Assembly (NCBI GenBank): GCA_964057225.1
Contig: OZ059900.1
Span: 9,176,001-9,240,000, forward strand
DNA length: 64,000 bases
From: Auanema rhodensis
Taxonomy: Eukaryota > Animalia > Nematoda
Direction of reading: 5' to 3'
Shown: piece by piece, positions 56,901 through 64,000 of the stretch
Position numbering within the stretch: position 1 is the first letter of the stretch
How the letters are laid out: each line of letters starts with the position of its first letter
Notes under the pieces: generated by a model
Told to the model about the DNA's origin: nothing
Seen by the model: the letters and a program-made list of their open reading frames with translations, nothing else
Database searches by the model: none
Made by a program: the position numbers and the translations under genes

Positions 56901-59900
56901 ATTTCGATGCATGTTCGTGAATTCGCATCGAATAAGTCAGAAGCTCTTCAGCACCTTCATAAAGATGATATTCTCTCTGATTGTCCACTAAAAATTCTTG
57001 GAGTACCTTATAATGCTCTAAGTGATTCCCTTTCAATTCGATTCAATATACCGGAACTCTCAACAGTAACCAAACGAAACGCATTACAACAATTACATTC
57101 AGTTTATGATCCTTTGGGTATAACAAATCCATTAATTTTACCCTTGAAGGTTATTCTTAGAGATATTTTTGCACTTAAAACAGAATGGGATGATACTATA
57201 CCTTCTGAATTATCAGCCTCTTGGACATCAATAATTAACGAGATTAATTATGCTAAGGTTACTGTACCTCGTGTACTATCACCATCTATTGAAGAAGGTA
57301 CATTATGGGTCTTTGCTGACGCTAGTTCAACAGCGTTAGCTGTGTGTGCTTACATACAGACAAACAACAAAATGAGTTCTATTCTAGCAGGTAAAAGCCG
57401 CTTATCTCCTAAAACACCAATCACAATTCCACGCATGGAACTCTTAGCTATTCGATTAGCTATGAGACTTTCTCACACAATATTAATGGAATTACCATGT
57501 AAAAAACTAAATATTGTAAGTGATAGCAGCATTGCGTTATCATGGATTTTAACAAATAAGCAATTACCTGACTTCATAGCAAAACAAGTTCAAAATGTAC
57601 AACATATGACCCGTTTATTAGAAGAACATTCGATTAATGTTCAATTTTACCATGTTACTACGGATTATAATCCGGCTGACATTGGTTCACGAGGAGCCAA
57701 TAAATATCAACTTCAGGAATCTATGTGGCTTCTTGGACCACAGTGGATTCTTAACAGAACCGTTCAAGCTTTAACACCATATGGTTCCTTGCAAGTGATG
57801 CATGTTTCACCTGTATCATTACTTATAGCTCAAGCTATATCTGTACCTTTGGAACATAACCTAGCTTATCATAACGGTCATTTTGCAACTTTACGTTTGT
57901 TAGCCCGTTTGGCTAAAATTATAAAAATTTGGCATTTAAAAACATTTAAAAATCAAAATGGACATAAATTACGAAATATTTCACAAATATCAACATCATA
58001 TCCCGTTTTAACAACTGATTTGAAGATAATACGTACTATTTTAATTCGACAAGCTCAAGATCATCTCATTATTGATGATTTACGACGACAATATCCTGGT
58101 TATCATTTCTATCTTGATGATAACGAGATAATTCGAGTAAGAAGCCGATTACAAAATTCTTTACTATCCTATGATACAAAAAACCCAATTTATCTTCCTC
58201 GCAACTCATTATTCACTCAACACATAATTATGGACGCTCATCGCGCATCTTTTCATCAAGGAAAAGAATTTTTGATCACACATCTTCGTCAAACTTATTT
58301 TATTGCTCGCGCTGCAGCAATTATAAAACAAACTTTAAAGAAATGTCATTTATGCAATAAATATCAATCTTTACCATATGGCACTCCTGATATGCCTTCA
58401 TTGCCTAAAGATAGAGTGATATTAACTAAACCATTTCTTAACACTGGTTGCGACTTATTTGGACCTATTATGCTTAAAAGTGGACATAAGGTCTATGTAT
58501 GTCTTTTTACTTGCTTAACCATACGTGCCATTCATCTTGAAATGGTCTATGATCAAACAGCGACTTCATTTATGAACGCTTTCACTCGTTTCATAGCCCG
58601 ACGAGGTTTACCAACCACAATACGAAGTGATTGTGGGGGTAATTTTATTCTCGGAGCTCAATTAATTGAGACAATACAAAAATCAGCTGAATTTAATTTC
58701 ACCCCAGCTGATATTGTAGTCCATCTAGCCAAAAATAACATAAATTGGCTCTTTAACACACCTAAGTCTCCATGGAAAGGAGGTTCTTGGGAAAGAATGG
58801 TGGGAATTACTAAAAATGCAATGAAAAAGGCAATACAAAGAAATAAATTAACATTTGATGAATTATTAACTTTAATTGTCAAAATTGAAGCAGTCATTAA
58901 CACAAGGCCTTTAACACATCCAGATCCAAATAATATAAATCACGTACCTATTCGTCCTGTCGATTTCATTTCGCCTGGTCTTGTTCTTTCCCTACCGGAT
59001 GATTGTGGTTCTCGAGTTTATAATAATTCCATTGATATTCCTGTAATACAAAACGTTGAACAAGCATTAGAAACTTTACAACTTACTTCTGATGCAGCTA
59101 CGATGTTTTGGGATAAATTTCAAACAGAATATTTGATATATATTCGTGATATATACAAACATTCCCGAAAACAACCTTCAGCAAATGCCAATAAACCTAA
59201 TATTGGTGAAATTGTAGTTATACATAACGATAACTTACCTCGTGGTCAATGGAAACTTGGTCGAATCACAGAACTTATAAATAGTTCTGATGGATTCATT
59301 CGTACAGCTAAAGTTCTCACACCAGCTGGGAACATCATATCTCGTTCCTTAAATCATCTATATCCACTTGAATTACGAAGTGTTCTACCTGATATGACAT
59401 CAATTCCTCAATCTACTCCTTCCGAAGACACTTCATTGTCTTTGAAGGTAGGATCTGCTTCGGATATGATGAACCTTGATGCTCAACCAATACAGGAATA
59501 TATTATAAGATCAAACTCACCTGTACCTTCAATCCATGAAACGAACAATGTGGTTACATGTCCTGAACCAATAGATATTAATAATCCTCAAAAAATTTAC
59601 ATACCTACGTCCAAAATTTCTTCGATACATAATCCGATCCTTGAGGAAGAAGCTGAATTACAATTATGGGGTCCAGGTCATACGCCTGACGATAATCGTA
59701 AAAAATTACAAAAGAAAAACATAAGTAAAGCAAAACAAACCATAATTTTGCCTACCATTGACCAAAACGACGTAAAACCATCTACTGAAACAAACGCAAA
59801 CCGTGTTCGCACCTTACCTTTACGGGATCACATCACCTACGCTTCGCGAAAGAATTTCAAATCAGCAATGACGTCTGCACTTTTAATTTTTACAATAATA

Positions 59901-61814
59901 TCGATATTTTTACCCGTAGCATCTGCAAATTCTGTAGTATGTGATGAGGCAAAGTTTTTATCCATACATTTGCTTGGAAACCCACATTGTGCTCCTCATC
60001 TTGCCATGTGGTCATTGTTCTTACCACTTTGTTGTTTATTTGGCATCCTTTGTTGTTGTATACGCATAGGATTCCATCAATATCGATATAATTCCTGGTC
60101 TAATACTATTCGTTACATATCTTCTTTTTTCACACTTAGACCTCATACTCCGGAACAGAATGATATTGAATTAGGAGTTATTGAACCTCCTCCAACTTCA
60201 TCTGAGAATATTCCACATATAGAACCTAAATTATATCCTCCATTTTGGAAAAGAGGTTCTCGATTATCAATTATCAGTATACTAACGATATTTCTGATTA
60301 ATAATGCTACTGCTTGTACCGATCATCACGTTATTCATTCGGTTTCTACACATTGTCTGAATCGTACTCAATGTTATCACCAATATAGTGATCAAATAGT
60401 TTTTTCTCCTGGAGTTAAAGATTTATGCCTGGATATAAAATTTAAAAATCATTCTATTGGTTATATTCAAATTCGAAAATTATATACAAGTTATGAATGT
60501 AAGAAAACCACAAAATTTTTTACAAAGGCTACTTTGCCCAAACTAACTGTTGATTTTCGATGTGCTCATATGGGATCTTGTGATCAAACTTGTGAAACTA
60601 TGAATCATCGCTCTCGTATTTCTGAATTCGAACCATATAATTATCCAACACAATCCAAATGTGTCCGGTCTTCAGCACATATATGGCGTTGTTTGACATT
60701 TTGGGAAAACCCTTGTCTTTTCTACAAATTAGAACATGTACCTACTTCGGACGACATATTTGAAGTATTTAAATGTGAAGATTGGACAACATCTTCAACT
60801 TTTGAAATTACAACACATATTGTTAAAGATAAAAATATTTATAATATCACAATTCCACCATATTTGAAGATGAATTACTCTTTTTTCAATATGACGATCA
60901 ATACACAAGACAAACCTCCTACTCCACTTCATAATTATTATTTTGTTGCTTCAAACAATCAAATCTTTGCTGTTGAACCACATTTTCCATTTATGGTACA
61001 ATGTATTTCGAAGGCAGACACTTCCGACAATTTTTCAAGATGTACAACGGTTATCGATTGTACTTGTAACAAAATCAATAATGATGTTGCTGGCTGTATA
61101 TGTCCACAACATAATTTCACACATTTTTCTCATATTTTACCTCCGTATATGGCAAACACGGAGACAATCTATAAACCCGATACATCCTTAACTTTTCGAA
61201 CTCAGTCTGATGAAACTACAGTTTCAATTGATTCTGAACTTTTATATGACAGTAATACATTTTCCTATGATATACCTTGTCGTCCCTTATTGATCAGTCT
61301 CTCCGGATGTTATTCCTGTGGGCAGGGTGCATCTGCATTGTTTTCTTGTATGTCATCTAAAGAAACATGGATACCGATCGAGTGTTCAAATGATGTATTC
61401 ATGATTAAATGTTCACCCTTCAATGAAATTACAAATATCAATATTAAAAGAGATAATTCAATTATAAATGAAGTTTGTCATACTAAATGTAATCATGAAA
61501 AAATTGATATAATTGTAACGGGACAATTATATTTTAATTCATCTACTAATGAACCAAATGAAATTCATTCAAATCAGAATTCAGTTATAATACCTGACAT
61601 AATTCCTTTTTTGAAACTTTTTAAAGAACACTGGATGATGTTTTCAATCTGCGTTGTTTTTCTGATCATCATATGTTTTTTGGGATACCTAGGTTGTACT
61701 CCAGCCATTTATTTTTTCTTGATCACAGCTTTCCGTACTATTAAAATCATAATAGATACAACAACCAAGTTTTTCTTTATTCTTAGAAATCTTTGTTTTG
61801 ATAGAAGATTTTAA
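53901..61814 (+). CDS. Gag-Pro-RT-RNaseH-IN-Env polyprotein (2637 aa)
   Basis: Three Cys/His knuckles (CVFCGKEGHPSYYC, CWLCFSTSHRSRDC, CPKCKNEHNSCLC), protease DSGS, RT LRVVFDAS/YVDN and RNase H FADAS. The integrase has H..H..C..C plus DLFGP/SDCG/WERMVG. A Cys-rich phlebovirus-G2-like glycoprotein (RCAHMGSC, GCYSCGQGA) carries a C-terminal TM. Confidence 0.97.
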   Translation: MASSFVGDIRRSYDFLSVLLKRYANLLDNEPAGVSDSEITYDRIILLQSTLRNHELVLNELSTALDTVNRNIEKYQTVFKDSDKDLRNEMKALYEELEENPNNRQAYNIADEQRLLLLDRISHIKTAIAFVESLLPEKKKEKVIESTGTETTQIYSNLLQLLQTSNHIQRPVTQIPTFDGTPENFKLYWSRFNNMIHQNSQYSILDKVNILLEGLSDKALVVIRGIEPNENNYLLLRKALENAYMRYATDKLQLLRKMKNLSPASDAKSCKQLFDLIQSYDRQITAAGSHIGPEFFFAICAEKFPHYIMSELYRQPDPLDQSMDDIYQHLSSRIYEFSLMDTRKRNSEHDSHNSPNRGKHVDKTFDKSTKKIWTCVFCGKEGHPSYYCRTYDTPQKKREILKNKEVCWLCFSTSHRSRDCSRPKCPKCKNEHNSCLCLNLDRETKSPVKPISSTSMIITESAGQQTPDLTVSQNKNDIISTPTVSQTVPTVQPAFFNHLPVTLIVTEPKNTQLQLLTHTEDTHDIEMSQIVLKTAMTHIFSYTQNKYITVKVVIDSGSMRSFIRSDIAKDLQLPINKVQHRTFFGIGGLSETHECKEVKTIFYTSNGSIIITNMLTKPFIATSLRAPLLDNNDRSFIKRNNITLANPMIDGQAFEPDILIGLDRYKLFVHMNSELELPSTLRMQNTSFGYTLYGEIPYQNHSVTLITINDKPLQHNDMLRYIFEIDSLGINTSEAGIDTTIDYYEDYSKQLTLTNHRIEAPLPLKSNYHQLPDNKGLAFYRFLALFKTLQANPSKLEMYRKIIDDYIDNGIIEEVPFETSNNNHNSDIICHYIPHHGVWNTNKPNKPLRVVFDASAKTKGKLSLNDILYTGKSFVNNIFNILIASRIKPIIITCDIQSAFLQVGLQKQHRDLCRFFWVKDPQGSCNSSNTKVFRFKRIPFGLTASPSILNMSVNWYLSSLNTDLSDEILNTLYVDNILLFADSIDEAQQKCSLTQQLFQNISMHVREFASNKSEALQHLHKDDILSDCPLKILGVPYNALSDSLSIRFNIPELSTVTKRNALQQLHSVYDPLGITNPLILPLKVILRDIFALKTEWDDTIPSELSASWTSIINEINYAKVTVPRVLSPSIEEGTLWVFADASSTALAVCAYIQTNNKMSSILAGKSRLSPKTPITIPRMELLAIRLAMRLSHTILMELPCKKLNIVSDSSIALSWILTNKQLPDFIAKQVQNVQHMTRLLEEHSINVQFYHVTTDYNPADIGSRGANKYQLQESMWLLGPQWILNRTVQALTPYGSLQVMHVSPVSLLIAQAISVPLEHNLAYHNGHFATLRLLARLAKIIKIWHLKTFKNQNGHKLRNISQISTSYPVLTTDLKIIRTILIRQAQDHLIIDDLRRQYPGYHFYLDDNEIIRVRSRLQNSLLSYDTKNPIYLPRNSLFTQHIIMDAHRASFHQGKEFLITHLRQTYFIARAAAIIKQTLKKCHLCNKYQSLPYGTPDMPSLPKDRVILTKPFLNTGCDLFGPIMLKSGHKVYVCLFTCLTIRAIHLEMVYDQTATSFMNAFTRFIARRGLPTTIRSDCGGNFILGAQLIETIQKSAEFNFTPADIVVHLAKNNINWLFNTPKSPWKGGSWERMVGITKNAMKKAIQRNKLTFDELLTLIVKIEAVINTRPLTHPDPNNINHVPIRPVDFISPGLVLSLPDDCGSRVYNNSIDIPVIQNVEQALETLQLTSDAATMFWDKFQTEYLIYIRDIYKHSRKQPSANANKPNIGEIVVIHNDNLPRGQWKLGRITELINSSDGFIRTAKVLTPAGNIISRSLNHLYPLELRSVLPDMTSIPQSTPSEDTSLSLKVGSASDMMNLDAQPIQEYIIRSNSPVPSIHETNNVVTCPEPIDINNPQKIYIPTSKISSIHNPILEEEAELQLWGPGHTPDDNRKKLQKKNISKAKQTIILPTIDQNDVKPSTETNANRVRTLPLRDHITYASRKNFKSAMTSALLIFTIISIFLPVASANSVVCDEAKFLSIHLLGNPHCAPHLAMWSLFLPLCCLFGILCCCIRIGFHQYRYNSWSNTIRYISSFFTLRPHTPEQNDIELGVIEPPPTSSENIPHIEPKLYPPFWKRGSRLSIISILTIFLINNATACTDHHVIHSVSTHCLNRTQCYHQYSDQIVFSPGVKDLCLDIKFKNHSIGYIQIRKLYTSYECKKTTKFFTKATLPKLTVDFRCAHMGSCDQTCETMNHRSRISEFEPYNYPTQSKCVRSSAHIWRCLTFWENPCLFYKLEHVPTSDDIFEVFKCEDWTTSSTFEITTHIVKDKNIYNITIPPYLKMNYSFFNMTINTQDKPPTPLHNYYFVASNNQIFAVEPHFPFMVQCISKADTSDNFSRCTTVIDCTCNKINNDVAGCICPQHNFTHFSHILPPYMANTETIYKPDTSLTFRTQSDETTVSIDSELLYDSNTFSYDIPCRPLLISLSGCYSCGQGASALFSCMSSKETWIPIECSNDVFMIKCSPFNEITNINIKRDNSIINEVCHTKCNHEKIDIIVTGQLYFNSSTNEPNEIHSNQNSVIIPDIIPFLKLFKEHWMMFSICVVFLIIICFLGYLGCTPAIYFFLITAFRTIKIIIDTTTKFFFILRNLCFDRRF

Positions 61815-61922
61815 CATTGAACTAATTCAGTACTATCCTTAAAAATCTTACTATATAAGCATCATGGGTCATTATGCGACGGACAACGTCGCAAAAGGCC
61901 AATGGCTTAGCTGCGGCGGCAG

Positions 61923-62222
61923 TGTCGCGGTTAGCGATTATTTTTTATCCTTTTTTCTATGTTTTGTTCCATTTCAGTTTTGTTTTTATCGTTTTCCTTT
62001 ACTTTGTCTATTTCAGATTGTACTTTTCGGCCCGCCTTCCCATATCTTCATCTTTGGGATCGGAAAATACGATATACCTCAACTTACTTCAACGGAGTAT
62101 AGACGATCTATATTGTGTTGATATTGTTAACTGTCTCTTTAATAAAGCATTCTACCACTGACTATCTGTTCTATTAATTCTCAGCGGAATACCGACAACC
62201 GAATACCTTCGCCGAAGCGACA
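61923..62222 (+). repeat. 3' LTR (300 bp)
   Basis: Direct repeat of 53318-53617, followed by the TSD ATCTT. Confidence 0.97.
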
Positions 62223-62351
62223 ATCTTCTTGTATTGCCGACTATATTATAAATGCCTTGTTCAATGTTCGAAAATCGCGTATTTCATGCATAATTCGATG
62301 AATATGAAATGTTGGTCAACGATTCAACATTCTTTTTGAATTTTTGATAGA

Positions 62352-62645
62352 TGTCGCGGTTAGCGATTATTTCTTATGTTTTTCATATGTTTTGTCTCCT
62401 TTAAGTTTTTGTTTTTTATCGTTTTCCTTTACTTTGTCTATTTCAGATTGTACTTTTCGGCCCGCCTTCCTACATCTTCATCTTTAGGATCGCAAACACA
62501 ATATACTCAACCGAACCTAAACGGACTATACGATCTATATTTTGTTGAATTGTTAAACTGTTAATAAAACATTCATCCACTGACTATCTATTCTATTGAT
62601 CCTCAGCAGAAATCCATAACACGAAATACCTTCGCCGAAGTGACG
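62352..62645 (+). mobile_element. Solo LTR (294 bp), older relative of the full element (right arm)
   Basis: Starts TGTCGCGGTTAGCGATTATT and ends TTCGCCGAAGTGACG (CA>CG). It is flanked by the direct repeat ATAGA (62347-62351 / 62646-62650) and is visibly diverged from the 300 bp LTRs. Confidence 0.92.
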
Positions 62646-62957
62646 ATAGAATACAATTTATTCTAACTATTTTTAATCTTAGAAAGCAAGTGTTAATATG
62701 AATAAACTATTTATAAAACTTATAGAATTCAAAAAACAAACAACATCCAGGATATAAGCCTGTCAGTTGTACAATCTGTTAAACTTTCCGAACAAATCAA
62801 CAAAACAAAACAAAATCACACTACTTACAACAACAAAGCAACAAACAGAAAGTAGTGCCCCAAGAATTAATAATCATATTGCTACATATCATCACTTTTT
62901 GTACAATTTCACATTCAGTCAAAACGTATTTCTACTGCTGCAATTCCTGCTTCTAAA

Positions 62958-64000
62958 TCAGGGATTGGCACAAAAACCTGAAAAAAACAAAAAACTTTGA
63001 ACATTCACTGAAATTAAAATTTACACAGGATTGATTTCCACTCTTACGCGGTTCTGTTACCCTAGGTCGTGGTGAGATTACGACATTTTCTTTTCTCAAC
63101 TAAATATTCATGTTTTCGATATAATAAATAGAAACCACTTACCACTTTTCTTATGTATTTCAGTTGATCTGGAGTGTAGTGTATATTCCTTGTACGTATA
63201 TATGGCTTTAGCATGTTTGTAATATTCGGAGGATGAGTAAAAACGTTTGCATTCAACTGAAACAAACAAATAAAGAGAATTCTACTATAAGATTGTGTTA
63301 CATAATCCCTAATTTTATAGAACGAAGATGCACTGAGATCCTTAACCAAATGGATTCGCATAACCTTTTCGTTTATTTCAGCCTTAATTGAAAGTTGAAA
63401 AATACATATAGGAAAAAAAACACTGACATCCTTGAAATACATAGGAGGAACATTTGTAATCGATTTAGTAGAAAATACAATCTATAATCAAAGCATAGCT
63501 AATTAATTGAGCGAATATTTCTATTTCTCACAACATGCTCAATAATATTCAATACTTCGTTATTGGTGACGTTACTCTCAGGATCCTCGAGATATTTCTA
63601 GGAACACAAACTTTTTTTGTTCATTCATTAACATCACTAACCTTTTCACTACATCTGCTCAATAACATGTCGTGTTCTTGGTTGCAAGTGAAGATATTTA
63701 CATTCTGATCGTTGATAACTACATCTATCATTTTACCAACTCTATCCAGATCAGCAGTTTTCACATCCAAGCATTCATATATAGCATCCATTGAATTCAA
63801 AATTTCTTCACATATATTGTCAAGCTTATACATTGCATCATGTTCACCGATTAAGACGGGTGGCTCCACACGCTCCGTATGTTTGCAAACCATGGTATGA
63901 GTGAATTCTTTGAGGTAGAATGCAAAATCCTGCTTCAACCAAAAGTTGCGATATATCAATTTTTCAAATGTTTCTTCCATTTCCTCATATCTACATTTAA
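62958..64000 (-). CDS. Orphan multi-exon protein, right-arm copy (5' end outside window)
   Basis: Mirror of 43966-45090. Confidence 0.6.

Larger units (their letters stand above)
53318..62222 (+). mobile_element. Full-length BEL/Pao (Belpaoviridae) LTR retroelement with env
   Basis: 300 bp LTRs (TGTCGC...GCGACA), a 5 bp TSD ATCTT (53313-53317 / 62223-62227), a PBS and one long ORF. The empty site is present in the other arm. Confidence 0.98.
44048..64000. repeat. Inverted duplication (palindrome 2): left arm <=44048-49495, spacer 49496-49642, right arm 49643->64000 interrupted by the retroelement
   Basis: Mirror ORF pairs are identical, with coordinate sum 99138 inside the insertion and 108048 beyond it. 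The difference of 8910 equals the 8905 bp element plus a 5 bp TSD. Confidence 0.97.

Noticed and set aside
53901-61814. Env-bearing single-ORF BEL/Pao element as novel in itself
   Set aside because: Phlebovirus-like env in nematode BEL/Pao elements is established. Only the insertion site and the short Gn-like region are flagged.
37728-64000. Both palindromes as pure read-mirroring artefacts
   Set aside because: The arms differ by substitutions and by a TSD-flanked insertion, and both have unique spacers. A haplotype-joining artefact is still not fully excluded without reads.

Overview
AT-rich eukaryotic DNA with many ~40-50 nt GT-AG introns and TTTCAG acceptors. The gene families identify it as a nematode genome. 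Positions 1-35 kb hold ordinary host genes: a degenerate MET-2/SETDB1-like SET gene, an EGF+DEG/ENaC (egas-type) channel, troponin T, calsequestrin, SORF-1/WDR91, a Ly-6/hot GPI protein, a lipocalin-like secreted protein and an inx-3-like innexin. From 37.7 kb the window is dominated by two adjacent large inverted duplications. The first has 2.27 kb arms carrying two head-to-head troponin T genes. The second has arms of at least 5.4 kb, running off the window, each with an orphan gene, a solo LTR, a 5S rRNA gene, a RhoGAP-like gene lacking the arginine finger and two tRNA-like elements. The right arm alone carries an intact 8.9 kb BEL/Pao LTR retroelement (single gag-pol-env ORF, phlebovirus-type Gc). 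It sits 6-10 bp upstream of the 5S start, and the left arm preserves the empty site. A related older solo LTR lies about 135 bp upstream of the same 5S gene in the same orientation, which suggests a 5S/Pol III-targeting enveloped BEL/Pao element. Exon structures were read by eye, family assignments rest on remembered motifs, and no database search was run.
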